64,000 nt of DNA from Callorhinchus milii (lineage: Eukaryota), in assembly GCF_018977255.1 (NCBI RefSeq), contig NW_024704742.1, forward strand, positions 82,648,001 through 82,712,000, read 5' to 3'. The translations under genes and the position numbers were made by a program. Every line of letters starts with the position of its first letter. The first letter of the stretch is position 1. This document shows positions 11,146 to 24,902 of this stretch, in pieces. Under the pieces are notes generated by a model. The model saw only the letters and a list, made by a program, of their open reading frames with translations. It made no database searches and was not told where the DNA came from.

Positions 11146-12829
11146 ATACAGCATAATCTTCACTTTGGAAGTCAAGTTTATAAATTGTTTCTGTCAGAAG
11201 GCCAAAAGATAAGAGAGAAAGCAAGTGAGAAGGAATCTAATGAGAGAAAACTATTAACAGTGAACAAGAAGATATTTTACAGCATCTAATTGTCTATGTG
11301 TTTAAATATGATTTGACAGCAACATAAATCCAATAACACTGAAAATGTTCCCATCAATAATATTTCCCTCATCTCCCAGAAGATTGGATTTTTCATGTAA
11401 ATGAATTTTTGAGCTAATAGCCTGGTAATGACATGGCAATGTAAACATTTTCACCCTAAAAATATATTTGTGCTCAATAGCCCTTGGACGCATAGTCCAA
11501 ACATCATTTTGCTCAAAACTTTTTGCAAGTTTTGATGACAGTAACTTTCTACTAATGCAAAAAGCTTTCAATTAAAGGAGTTAATTAGGTATTTCCCCAG
11601 TAGTCAGTAAATTAACAGAGTTTGGTGGGCGAAAACAACGCATTTTGCATTTACAGACTCAGGTAGTGTGGATTTATGTTCTGTTGGTCCATTACAAATG
11701 CACATTGTCAAGGTTCATGAATTTACCATTGAATGGAGGAATTCCTCCATCTCTCAGTCCAAGGCATAATGCGCACTCCATCTCCACACATACTTCATGC
11801 TCAATGTATATGTTCGCTTCTGGGCACAAGGAATGTAGTAGTGTCATGTTTCACTGAGCCAATGCAGTTTATTTCAGAAGTTGAACCTCACCCCTCTCTC
11901 TCTCTCTCAAATACATAGTATACAAACATACACTCTGAGTTAATAGCAACAACAATAATAACTTGCATTTATATAACATTTCAGAGCATTTAACCGTGGT
12001 GTAGATTAACACCGAGTCTGAAAGGGAGGGGAAGAAACTTAGAAATTCTTCAGATATGATTTGAAGATAGGCAAAGAGGGAGCAAAATTGAGGGATTGAA
12101 GTAAGGAGTTTCAGAGATTCAAGATAGAGTTGCTGAACTCTGGCAATATAGTGCACTCCCAGCACTATATTGGAGAGTCAGTCTAGACTGTGAGTTAAAA
12201 CTCCCTGTTCCTGCCTTGTCCTAGATTGTGAGTTCAAAATACTACCCGCGTGAAGGGTGCTACATAACCCTGAAGCTTATGTTTTCAAAGGAAGTGAGAG
12301 ACCAGGCATGAAGAAACCTACATGGAATCATTAAATTTTGATTTTTGTGATGGAAGGGGAAATTGTCCAGAGGTCTTCAGACTACCCCGGGCCAACTGAC
12401 TCAAGATTAGAAAAGAGTGAATTTATATGGCATGGAGAGAGGGGAGACTCCATATTTATTGGGCTCTGAGTTCAAGTATGGCCCAGGATACTGAAATCCT
12501 GTGGAGGAGGGCTATAGTATGCAGTCTCTCACAGGCTTGGATGTGAAGAATAATTTTGAGCTATTGCTGTAACACTAACATTTGATTGGAATGAATACAT
12601 TCCATTCAAGTGATTGTGCTTCCAGTGGGGGGGAAGGAACTCTCCACAGGGAGCAGTGGAGATCTGTTTTGTGTTTGGAAGCTACAATTTAGCTTCTTAA
12701 ACCAGTAGCAGTAACATGTCACTGCACTTTCAATGAACTCACAGCAAAGCCTGGCCAGCACTGTGTTAGGAAACATCCCTAGAATGTAATGAAAATCCTG
12801 GCACTTGAACTCAATGTTATAAAAAGTTC

Positions 12830-13175
12830 TCTGAAAGTGTTCTGACTGTGCATTTTGTAGGTGAACACACAGCACTTTTCTTTAAACAGCCATGGAGTGA
12901 ATGATCATTATAATTTGGGACATTGGTGCCCAGGACACTAGGGGAAACTCCCTTCTCTTTTTGAATAGTGACATGGGATCTTTTTACGTCCACCTGATGA
13001 TGTGACCTCGGTTTAATGTCTCATCTGAAGGATGAAGCCTTAACAATGCAGTGCACCCCCAGCACTGTATTGGACTGTCAGCTTAGACTGTGAGTTCAAA
13101 GACTCGATGTGGGGCTTGAATCCACAGCCTTTTGACTCAGAGGCAAGAGTGCAACCAATAAGCCAGGTTGCCACT
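12830..13175 (-). mobile_element. Deu-domain SINE, near full length
   Basis: tRNA-like head at 13110-13175, Deu domain at 12960-13035, partial tail. Confidence 0.85.
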
Positions 13176-14444
13176 TAAGCATGGAGGGATAACCTCAAAG
13201 AATTCCCCAGCAATGTGTTTGGTTTCTTACGAAACAGCAATGAAATGCTATCATTGGAAAGAACAATAACATGAACAGCAAGGAATAAACTCTTCAAACT
13301 CAAGCACTGATGATGGTGGGTGGGGGCGGTGGGGCAGGGGGGGAGGAGATGGTAGATTGCAGAGGGGGGTTGTGAGGAAGGGAAGGGGTGGTGAAATGCG
13401 TATTCAAACCCCAAATCAGATAGCTGAAGTTGCAATATTTCTTACCAAGCTTGATAATTATCACACCAAATCTATTGTGAAACATCACATTTTTCAACCC
13501 CCTGGAGTTTATCAGACAAGGCTTTGTAATGAACAATTCATTGAACATAGATAATTATTGTTATTATTTATTATTGTTATATTTGTCTCCTCCTCCTCAT
13601 CCCTGCTATCATGATCTCAAAATGAATCTTCTTGAATTCATGCCCACACACACACTCCACATATATCTCATTTCTTCTTGTGTCTCAAAGGATTGTTAAA
13701 CAACAACAAATTAAATTTGCATAGTGTCTTTCACGTCAGCGTAGATATTTTACTTTTGAGCTTGGGTTTTAAAAAAAGGACCAGGTAAAAGATAATAAAT
13801 ATACTTGAAATAAGATATATGCATACACTTATCAAGAAAGCTTGTCAGGATTGAAGTAACTGATTCTGAACCTGGGTTAGGCTTTAGGTCTGATTTTACA
13901 GTAATTCTCCCTCTGTTGCCAAAATTGCATTTTTGACACCATCATTTGTCAAAAGTAGTGATTCTTTTCAATTTGCTATCAAACTCCGAAGCTGCAGGAG
14001 AACTGTAGACCATTCCATGGTCTGCAGGGAGAGATAAGACATTTCCTCTCTGAACAAATAGTTTTTTTTAAAAAAAAGAAACAAGGAATGTAAGGTTTCA
14101 TTTCTGAGACAGATGCATCATCAGCTGGAACTTATTCTGTCTCTGGCTCATCACTTGACGCTTTCTTGACAAAATACACTGGGGAGCTGCGGACTACACA
14201 ATGAAAATATAGCTGTTGAACCTTGGAAGTCATCCTTGTTTCTCATCAAATCTTCCGTTACCTTTCATGAAAAGGAAGCATTAATACTGCTTTGGATTTT
14301 TTTTGTATTCTTTTGTATTGTACAGAAAATATCTAATGATCTTAATAATACAATGAACTAAAAAGGAAGGCACTGAGAGAAAGATATGACTTTGACTATC
14401 TTCTGTTTTCTCTTCAAAATGTGAGATTTGAAACAAAGTATCAT

Positions 14445-14800
14445 GGTGCCATCCATTCGATGAGACATTAAACTGAAGTCCTGTCAGTCAGTAGGTTGCT
14501 AAAGATCTTATGGCATATTTGAAAAGAGAAATGAGTTTCATCTGGTGTCCTGACCAACAATCCCCAAAGTACATTTTTTCATTCACGCCAGAGCTGTTTG
14601 TGGGACATTGTTGTGCGCAAAGAACAACAACAACAAAATTACATTTATAGAGCGCCTTTCACGTCGGGAGGACGTCCCAAAGCAAATTGGCTGCCACATT
14701 CACCCACAAAAAACAATTACTGAACTTCAGAGTATATCCTGTGAGGAGCTTTGAGAGATCCTCATGACATGGAAACAGCACTATATCAAATACAAGATTT
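14445..14800 (+). mobile_element. Deu-domain SINE with a nested L2 tail (14622-14681)
   Basis: ggtgccatccattcgatgagacattaaactgaag...; SINE consensus gcgcaaattggc is interrupted by an antisense L2 tail. Confidence 0.85.
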
Positions 14801-16619
14801 TATATATAGGCGACACATTTGCGGTTGTTCTAAATCGATCCTTGAATTAAGTAAGGAACTTTCAAGTACCTATCAGCAGGTGGAGCTCCCCTCTCCAGAA
14901 AAGAGGAATCATCCTCTTCCAGTTTGCTTGACACCATTCTTTTTTGAATGAGATGTTTTTTCAAATATATTTTTTAATCGCTGGGGCAATTCATTGACTG
15001 ATCAATGTTTTGTTCAATTGATGTCCCCCCAACGTGAAAGATACTATACAAGTGTAATTTTGTTGTTGTTGATGTTTTCTTGAGCTCGATGAGCGAAAGA
15101 GGGGAAGAAATGTCTGCTCTCTCCAGCCCAGAAATCAAATGTAAGTGATCTTGAAGTTGAGCTATGGGAATCACAGGCAGTCTACTTCTGGAGTATTTTT
15201 CCGCACCTTTGGTTGCCAGTGAGAGACACTATCTGTGCTCTAGTTACAAACAGTCTTTTTCACTCTACTGTGTAATTTATAGTGTATAAATAAGTGGATT
15301 GATTTAAAAAACAGAAAAACACAATGTGAGATATGGAGCACTACAAAGCACAATAGTTACCTTTGTTAGTCCTCCACAGTCTCCATCTCCCTCAGTTCAT
15401 TGAAATTAGATCTTTTGTCATTTCCATTAGTCAAATTTCTTGCTGTTGATTGTCATTATTAGACAAATGGCCTGCTCCTCAATCCTCTCCTCTACCTGTC
15501 TCCTTCAGTTGGCCGGCTCAGGCCATCTGCACATCCCTTGACCCCGCCACTCCACCATCACCATCATTATGCCCTGACCCTCTGGAACTCCCTAACTCAT
15601 TCACTCCAATTTGCCCTGTTTGCCTATCTTCATATCACTGACGACTTTCCTCCTCAAACTTATGGTCACCTCCCCTTGCTCCCGGCTTGGCGTCAAACTG
15701 TGTAATGGTTGATCACCCTAAGTGAAGGGTGCTATATAAATGCAAGATGTTCTTGCTGTTGTTGATGTTGTCAGTTCCAAGGTGTGCAGCCTTTAGAGGC
15801 AACTAACTGGAACATTGGGATAGAGATAAGGACTAGAAAGTTATATTTTTATACAGAGAAATATCACATAATGCAAACCATGTTTGACTATTCAACACCA
15901 GATTTAAGGTTATAAAACACCTATATTTAGCTGTTGAGCAGTCTTGAGAATTGTCATGAAAATTTAGAAAGGCAATATTAGTCATGAAGATGGTATAGAA
16001 CTGGGATTTGTACAAGGATTTTTTCCCCAGACAACAGCTTGAGTATAACAGTTAGCTTGCTTTACTTTCTTTGAGCACAGGCTTGGGATCTTTATAAAGT
16101 GGTTGAAACAAATTAATTTGACAAGATACAATGCCATGGGAGAAAGGATCAGCAGACCAAGTTGGCAGCAAAGCTCATCCAAGTGTCACTTCTGCATTGC
16201 AAGTCTGCATTGGGAATCAAAGTAAAGCCAATCTCTGGGGAAACTTGTATTGTAAAGATAACGATAGTATCTTTACATGCAGCAAATTTCACCCCATAAA
16301 GGGTGGAGGGATTTCACCTGGGTCTAGATTTATTCTGTTTTCTTAGCATTTCAGAGCATGCAGATTTTGACGAATTGTTGAATTCGGTCTTATCTTTTGA
16401 AATGCCTTTCTGTCATTCTGCAGAGAGCGTACGTAAACCTATGCCTTTAAAACTAGAACTGTGTTTAATAAGGTCCAAATTCTCCATGGTCTTATATGCT
16501 GAGAAGAAAGAGTACATTTTTTTTCTAATTTCTTCCCAGTACCCAATTTCTACTCCTTGTGCATTTGGTACAATGGTTTCAGGTGCACCAAGGTCGCAGA
16601 ATGAGAGCCCACAAGTAAG

Positions 16620-17030
16620 AATAATAAAAATAAAAATATTCTTTACATTTGATATTGTGCCTTTCATATCAGGAGGATAACTCAAAATGCTTTACTGCAT
16701 TTACTGTAAAATGTAGTGACTGTGTATATTTTTGAAGACAATTATGGTAGCTAGTTTGCATACAGCAATGTCAATAAGCACCCATGAATAGACTGATGAT
16801 CAGTGTTATTGAGAAACTCCCTTCTTTTTTTCAAAAGTGCCATGGAATGTTTAACATCTAGCTTAGTTTAACATCTCATTTGAAGGATAGCAACCTCGAC
16901 AATGCAGCGCTTTCCCAAGCTGCACTGTAGTGTCAGCCTAGACCATGAGCTCAAAGTTCCAACAAGGAGCTTGAACCCACAATCTTCTGATTCAGACGTA
17001 CGAGTGCTTCCAACGTAGCCAGTCTGGTAA
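16620..17030 (-). mobile_element. Deu-domain SINE
   Basis: Head, Deu-domain remnant and L2-like tail in the same order as other copies. Confidence 0.75.
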
Positions 17031-17714
17031 GTGCCGTGTTATGAAGAATGCCGTGTTATAAAGCCAAAGCCAGAGTAATTAACAGCTAGATTGTAATCCT
17101 TGGAGCGGTAGTTGAGGCCAGGACACTGGGCTCATTTAAGAAATAGCTTGATACTGTTATGGTAACTTAGTAGGGTCAGTACTCTGAAACATTGTGATCA
17201 AATCTGCACCTCTCATGTAATCCTTACCACAAGTGTAGTTACAAATCACTGTTAGAAAGCAGAATAAAGCTTGCCCTGATTCATTAAACAACAAGATTCT
17301 TAACACTGGAATTTAAGACGAGTTACTAGAATAAGCACCATAAATACTGATTTTATAAACCTTGTGTGGTAGGACTGCTATGTTTAAGCACATACAGTTT
17401 TCCAAAGAGTGTATTCACTATTGAGGAATATACTGTCAGAGATTTTGAATTAAAATGGACGATTATACAGCTGTTATTAAATTATTATAAGATGCTCCTT
17501 TGTCAGGGTTCCTTGTTCTTTGTTTGATGCTGAATCAATGTTTTATGATTTTTTTGTCAACATGAAAATGATAAATTATCGTCAGTATAGACATAAGACG
17601 TGACTCAACCTATTAAAAATACTGAACTTGCTTTAGAAAGTCACTTTCTTAATAAGTAAGAGCAAATTAATTCATAACATATACTGAAAGGCAGCTTCCC
17701 AAAATTATTATTAT

Positions 17715-17960
17715 CAATAAAATTATCAATTTTATTTGGGAATTTTTGACCAGGACACTGGGGGAAACATCTTTCACTTTTTGAATAGTGCCATTGGTTC
17801 TTTAACGTCCATCTGAACAGGCACAGATGTACTACAGCTATACAGCACTGCCCCTGCAGTGTAACCCTGACTATGTGAGCTCAAAGTCTCGACATAGGGC
17901 TTGAACCCATAACCGTATGATTCAGAGGCGATAGTGCTACTGACTGAGCCAAGTTGACAT
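17715..17960 (-). mobile_element. Deu-domain SINE, internally deleted
   Basis: Head atgtcaacttggctcagtcagtagcact...gggttcaagccc joined to gttcagatggacgttaaagaaccaatggcactattc. Confidence 0.75.
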
Positions 17961-18827
17961 CTTAACCCTGTGCTTGTCAGCATTGTAGTCTGTCTGATAC
18001 AAACTGGGTCTCTGTGGAGAAGTCTGCCTCCAAAGCAGAAATGAAAAATGATTCAGAGACTGAATACAGCATTTGGAAGCATGAAAAACAAATGCAAAAT
18101 AACTTACATTGCCTTGTACCCACATAAAGTGGATACATATAATGTCACAATGTAAGAGCAAACCTAAAAGGTAGGGTGGTCCTAGCTGGACAACAACAAC
18201 AGCAACAACAAAATTACATTAATAGAACGCTTTTCACGTCAGGACAAGCAGCAAGAAAGCTTGGCAGACAACACTTTCAATGGCAAGTTATGTAATTTTA
18301 GCTGGTTAATAATGCAAGGATTATTATTAATACTTTCTGGGATTAAGTAAACTGAGCGCTTCCCTTGGGGAGAGAGAGAGCATTCCATTCCCGACAGGAA
18401 TCTCCATGTGTAGGCAATATGCATGGGACTCTTAAGCATTGAGAAGGATTTCTGCACATGTTGGACATCGATTGACTAAAAAAAATCTCAAAAACATGAA
18501 AAATGAGGAAAGGATTTGGGTAATAGAAAACATTTGAAACCATCACAGTGTGGTAAGCAATTAATGGAGCTCAGCATTTTATGATGTATCACTAGAAGCA
18601 TGGAGTATACATCCAATGAATTTAGCATTGCTTCTCTGTAAGGCTTCATGAAGCTCATGGTCAAGATGTTACATGCATCTCAATGGAGTCTCAGTTCATG
18701 CATCTGCAAAAGGACTTGAATCAGAAGTGGTTTAACAAAGAGGGAAAAAGATGGTGTCAAGATTTTCTTGGAAGGACAGGCTGAAGGAATTTGATTTTTC
18801 AGATCTGGAGAAAATGTGTTGATATGT

Positions 18828-19090
18828 CATAAGATCACAAGATTAGTTTGGATGAAGAAGGTCGTTTGACCCCTCTGCTCTCATCCCTCCACAACACTCA
18901 ATCGACCTTCACAACATCAGGTTACTTTTAAATGAATCCAGTGTCTTGGCGCCTCAACCATCCTTCCTGGCAACCTATTTCAGTCATTAATTGCCTTCTG
19001 TATAAGGAAAACATTCCTGGTACCTGTTCTGAAAAGTCCTTTTATTCTATTGTGTGTTTGCATTCTAAAGTATTGATCTAAGTTTACCTT
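18828..19090 (-). mobile_element. Old CR1 3' end
   Basis: Reverse complement matches the CR1-type end at 37470-37630 (gagggatgag...gaccttcttcatc) and ends in 8-nt-like repeats. Confidence 0.55.
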
Positions 19091-20321
19091 CTCATGATGT
19101 AACTGCAATTATCTGAAGCTATGACAGACCAATGGGGTGAAAGATTGTAACAGCCAGGGAATCCCTTTATAACACCCTTCACTGCACTGCTCATAGCATG
19201 GGTCTGCTGAGGAACTCACAAATGTGGTACACCCATCATCCGATGCTAACTAGCTGCCTTCCTGCACTAGAAAATGGCTATCAGGTCATCATTAATTTCA
19301 GTTTGTGCTGCACATACTCATCACGAGCAGAAAGCTTCAATGACCTCACTGAAACATTGGCTCCAAATGACTGTAATAAGGTTTCCCTGCATTTTTGCTC
19401 AAAAGGGAAAGGCATTATGATCTGTCATTGAGAAACAAGGAGTGTAAGAGTTGAGACAAAATGCTTTATCAATTGTGGTGAAATACAAAGTTATACCTTG
19501 ATTTGACACAGCCTGAGTCTGCAGATAATAATAATAATAACGATAATAATAATGTAGCAGGTACTAGAACCTCCAGTCATTCAGCAATTAGCGCTGAGAC
19601 AGGAGCAGGTTTTTGTGTTGTGAGCTCACATATTGGTATGAATGGGAGATTTTGCCTGACACATGTGGAGACCCATCACCTTACTTAACTTAAAGAGTAT
19701 TCAAACCAAACCACGCATGCCACCTACACATGGAAGTTGCCTGGAATCCCACAGGGAGGAGACTTTTATCCCTTCAGTCAGTGCCACACTATTATAAGAC
19801 CAGTGTGTAGTATTGAATACAGTGAGATCTGCAGAGTGTTCCTTTGACAATCACTCCAAAGCTGCCCAGTAATAGGATATAGCTTTTCACAATGATTTTA
19901 AAGCCAGGGCTTAAAGGCTAGCTGTTGATCATGTGACTTGTCAGAATGAAAGATCAAATAGATAATGAGTAATAGACAATAACAGGGAAAAAAGAAACTA
20001 TCAGAAATGATTTTCGGAGATCAGGGATATCAGATACTGTCAACGAAATGGTTTTGTGGAATCTTCAAATTAAACAATGACAGGAATGAAAGACATCAGA
20101 AGAACAGAATAAAATCATGTTGGATTAATCAGCCAAACAAATACAGCTACAGACCTTCCAGCATTAGAAATGGCAACTGATGAATTCAAGAGCTCCAGAC
20201 ATCTGGAAAGCATAAATCACAAGTTTTGCCGAGAACAGATGAAGTTGGTTTCTGGCAACTTGATGGAATTCAAACATGTTATGTGCTCTTGGGATGATTT
20301 ATGAGCAGAGCAGCTTCATTT

Positions 20322-20765
20322 TAATAATAATTATCCTTGCATTTGATATAGCATCTTATCACACGTACAAAATGTCTCAAAGTGCTTCGCAGAGTACACT
20401 CTAATGTGAATTAACTGTATATTTTGTAGTTGACAGACGACAATCAATTGTGCCCACAGTGTCCCACAAACAATTGTGGATTGAGTTACTAAATTATTTT
20501 TTTAAAAATGTTGAAGGGATTATTACTCCCAGTAAAGTGATCTCCAATCGACTAACAACCTGGTTCCTACTTACTGCTAGGTAAACAAAGGCACGTGGAA
20601 TAAGGAAACTTGCCTAAGGTTTTGCTCTGCCCCAGAAACTACAACAACAACAACTTCCATTTATATGGCGCCGTTCACGTGGGGTAGCGTCCCGGAGCGC
20701 TGGGTCTAATCAAACCCAGGTCCACTCGTTTGCAAGACAAGTGCTTGAACCACTAAGCTATTCCA
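20322..20765 (-). mobile_element. tRNA-Ala-like SINE, long form, with nested L2 tail (20639-20702)
   Basis: Head, extra internal segment (tttacctagcagtaagtaggaaccaggttgttagtcg), shared body and tail. Confidence 0.8.
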
Positions 20766-21391
20766 GCATTCTATTCCAGTGTCCGCTGTATTATTACTAT
20801 TATTATCTACAGACTCAGGCTGAATCACTTGAATTGAAAATGATCAGCACAAAGTAATCCTTTTTTTCGGGGGTGAGTGGGCGGGCAGTGAATTATAACC
20901 ATGTTATGTTTGCACACTTTGTTCCCCAAAACTATATTTTTACCTGACAGTGTCTGCTACTTGCCACTTCACAGCACCTGGGATGGCAAGGAAGCCTGGG
21001 GTTAAGGCTTAAATCCTGTCATTACTGCAGGAGGTGGGAATCAAATGGGGGAGGGAATTGAGGAGAATGGAATTTGGGGAGAGGAGAGTGGTGAGATAAG
21101 TCAAACCACATTCATCCATCCTCCTCCTCCTCCTTGCTCCTCTCCTTCTCTCCCATGAGACTGAACTTTTCTGAAATTCTCTGCCTTGGCTCAGAATGAG
21201 CAATGTTCTTGTATTTATCTGAATGAACATGTGGTGCCAGACCCAACCCCATAACCTCATGAATCAGATCCTACAGCTCAGGTCTATAGCCGCAGAGCTG
21301 AATCTCTTTGTCACACAGGTATAGGTTTTTTGTCCTTGCAAGCAGGTTCAATGTGATCACGTCAAGACTTGTTATAAAATGCTGCAAATCT

Positions 21392-21610
21392 TAACAACAA
21401 CAAGCAACAAATTGCATTTAGACGATGCGTTTCGTGTCAGGGACATCCCAAGGTGCTGGACAATCAAGGGTTTGCACCCAATTACGGGTTGGACTCAAGA
21501 GGGGTGGGGGGCAAAGAGTTTGGGAAGATGACCGAAGGCACAGTCAAAGAGGAAGGTCTTGAGACAGACCATGAAGGAGGCAAGGAGGAGCGGAGAGGCA
21601 AAGAAGGGTA
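21392..21610 (-). mobile_element. L2 3' end
   Basis: (CAA)n, tail stem-loop, and gaaggcacagtcaaagaggaaggtcttgagac as in other L2 copies. Confidence 0.75.
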
Positions 21611-21999
21611 GATGTGAGCAGGAAGAGGAGCTCACAACTATTGTTTGTGTGAATGATATTAAAAAAATAAAAGTAATCCGTTCATTTGGTGTAGCACCTT
21701 ATCACTTTGTCGAGACATCTCAAAGCACTTCACAGGATATAGTGGAAAGTGAATTGATTGTGTATTTCTATGAAATACTGTGACAGTGAATCTCCTATGA
21801 TCAAGAGTGTTCGGTAGCACTCTTGATCAGAGAATGGCATCACTGGCAGAGAATGTTCTTCTGGAAGGGAGCAGAAATTCTAAATAAGCAATAAAAATTA
21901 CAACTGAAGTCAGCAACAATATTTCCATTTGCACTGGAATAACTTGAGGATACTGAAGGCAGAGGGACTTGTAACCATCTTTTTGTTCAACCCATCCAT

Positions 22000-22460
22000 C
22001 AGATGTCAGCCTGGCTCACGAGCACTCTTGCCACTGAATGAGTATGTTTTGGGTTCAAGTTTCATGTTAGCACACACAGTCCAGGCTGAAGCACCAATAC
22101 AGTGCTGGGGGTGTTCTGCATTTTCAGAGGTGCTGGTATTCAGATGAGATGTTAAATCAATGTCCTATTTGTCTGATCAGTTGGATGTTAAAGATCCCAC
22201 GGCACTATTCAAAAAGAGAAAGGAGTTTCTCCTGGTGTCATGGCCAACATTCCCTCAGATTGGCTATTTGATGTATGCAGATTGGCTACCACATTCATTG
22301 ACGAACAACAACTTGCACTCATATAGGGCCCTCCGTGAAGGGTAGCATCTCAGAACGCTTAATGCACGGCTACTATATTTTACAATGAATCCTATGAAGT
22401 TCATTGAGATATTTTGTTGATATAATAAGACGCTGTATCAAGTGCAAGGATTGTTATTGA
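22000..22460 (+). mobile_element. Deu-domain SINE, full length, with nested L2 tail (~22303-22360)
   Basis: Head gatgtcagcctggctca...gggttcaag, Deu domain cagatgagatgttaaatc...aaagatcccacggcactattc, and tail. Confidence 0.8.
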
Positions 22461-22877
22461 CTCATTCCCCAAAACCTGTAAAACTAAGCAAGAGGTTTTA
22501 TTACGGCATAAAGCAGTGTTTCTTTGATTCTCTTCTCTTTAACTCCAGGACAGAGATGAAGGGGAGGGGGTCTGTCGAAGGGGAGGTCGCCCACCTGGTG
22601 AGGGAGCCCACCCTGGTGTTTGAGGGAAATAGATTGCATGATTTACACACAGTAATGTGTAAACATTGAGCAAATGCTCCTAGGGACCTGCTGAATCCAC
22701 ACTTTATCTAATATCTATATCAATTTAACTAAACAATGTACAAGTATTGAAATCACATCTATATTGTGATGTGTGGCTCACACACACAGTAAACGCAGTG
22801 AGACGTTTTGATGGTGTGATAAAGTGCTATATCAAATGAAAGGATTACTATTACTATATATTACTCTACTATTACAT

Positions 22878-22935
22878 GATGGGCCGAATGGCCTTCTTCT
22901 GTGCTTTATAGTTCTATGATTCTATGATTCTATAT
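22878..22935 (+). mobile_element. CR1 3' tail
   Basis: gatgggccgaatggccttcttctgtgct followed by (ttctatga)3, the typical CR1 octamer tail. Confidence 0.75.
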
Positions 22936-24016
22936 CCTATTCAATTTTCACATTTTTGCAAATTTCCATTAAAGTCAAGAGCACGTCCCAAGGCACTTAA
23001 CAAACCTCGTTTGACACCCAAACTTGGACTCCTAGCTGCATTGCTATAAGCCTAGTAATAGTTGGCTCCAAACCAATTCAGGAGCTGGTGGTGATTCTAA
23101 AATCCTCTCTTTCACCATCTGCGTGCGACATTTAGCTTCCCTCTACGTGGATTATCTCCTTATCAGTTGAATACGGGAAGATGAATACAATATCTATTTG
23201 GAATTGCTATCTATAAAATAACAGAACAGTATCTTCTTGTGTAGTGCATTTGAGAAACAGGCTCAAGGAATATGGGCTTGGTTCATTAAACTGCTTATCA
23301 GAGTTTTCTCAGCAGCTTCCTGATAAATGTGACAACTGCATACGCACAAAGAATCTTTCCTACATGAGCCGTATAGGTCAGGCCACGGAGCGTTGTAGGT
23401 TAATGAAATCAAGGTAAAATACAGCAGCGGTGACTCTGCAGTGAAAAATAATCTGTAAGTGCTCATTGCAATAACTTTATGATAGTTAAGCAAATAAAGA
23501 TTTAACAGGCATCACACAGATCAACTTCATCCTGACAAACGTGCAGTGCAATCGCTTTCCTTTCGTGCTTGAGATGGTGCTGGTTCTGTGGGAAGACAGA
23601 TTCCGAATAAACAAATGCTGGAAAACTCTGCGTCTCACCACGTAGATTGACTTCCTTTCCGCACTGCTTGCTTTATTACTCAAAGCACAAGAAAGGTGGT
23701 GATGATCCTTTACACTATCTAATCTCATTCCTTTCTGAATATCAGCCTCATGGCCCTTCCATTATCACGTCATAAGAATAGAGTTAAGCTCGTATCCTGG
23801 GAACCAGCACCAAATGCCATGATCTGCAAAGTGGCTGCAGGCAACAGATAACCATAAAGTTGGGTGAGGGATTGGGGTACTCAGATATTGATGAGTTTTC
23901 TGTGATGCTATACAGCACATCACAATTTTCATCTCATTTCACCTGTAACAGTAATATCAACTTGCATTTATATGGCACCCTTCAAGTAGAGTGACAACTC
24001 AGAGTTGACCTGGAAT

Positions 24017-24902
24017 CAACGTGCGTAAAACTGAGGCCCTCGTGATTGGCTCGCGTCAGCGCCTCAGCACCTCAGGCGCTGACACCATCAGCATCCAAGG
24101 CTGCACTCTCCACCTCTCAAAGCCAGTCAGGAACCTCGGGGTTCTGTTCGTCCCTGAGCTGTCTTTTCTCCTTCATATCCGCACCACAACTGGCACCGCC
24201 TTCCATCACCTCCGGAATATTGCCAGTCTATGGCACTACCTCACCCCTCACGCTGCTGAAACTCTGATCCACGCCTTTATCACCTCAAGGCTGGACTATA
24301 GGAACTCTCTCCTCTCCGGCCTTCCCGGCACCTCCCTCCACAAGCTGCAGGTCATTCAGAACTCTGTAGGCTCATGTACTATCCCCCACCAGGCTTCGGG
24401 ACCACATCACTCCCACCCTCGCTCGCCTCCACTGGCTCCCCATCCCCCATAGGATTGAATTCAAGATCCTCATCCTCACCTACAAGGCCATTCACGGCCT
24501 TGCTCCCTCCTACCTCTCCAATCTACTATCCCCCTACCTACCTGCCCGTACCCTCCATTCCTCTGGCTCCGGTCTGCTCCACATCCCCCGCTCCAACCGC
24601 CCTACCATCGGTGGCCGGGCCTTCAGCCTCTCAGCCCCGAGGCTCTGGAACTCTATCCCCCAGTGCCTTCGCCGCCTCCTCCCTTTCCTCCTTCAAGGCC
24701 GGTCTCAAGACCTTTCTCTTTGACCGTGCCTTCAGCTCCCCTCTCGACTCTCTACCCCCTCCTCGCTCCCTCCCTTCCCTCCCCTCAGCCTGACCATTCC
24801 CCCCTTGCTCGGGTCCTGACCCAACTGTCCAGCACCTTGGGACGTCCTCCCGACGTGAAAGGCGCTCTATAAATGGAATCTTGTTGTTGTTTTTGTTGTT
24901 GT
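24017..24902 (+). mobile_element. Young L2 LINE, 5'-truncated (ORF2 C-terminus with frameshifts)
   Basis: ORF KTEALVIGS...VRNLGVLF...HHLRNIA...ETLIHAFITSRLDYRNSLL...LQVIQN is the L2 RT C-terminal region; 3' stem-loop and (TTG)n tail; CpGs retained. Confidence 0.93.

Noticed and set aside
16793..16818. Second hammerhead-like motif (ctgatga...gaaac)
   Set aside because: Lies in a decayed Deu-SINE, has a 1-nt loop II, the wrong closing pair and no stems I or III; probably chance.
23250..23650. Possible exons in unique sequence
   Set aside because: Short frames, weak or inconsistent splice signals and no recognisable peptide.
24021..24452. 143-aa ORF as a host gene
   Set aside because: Frameshifted L2 ORF2 remnant.
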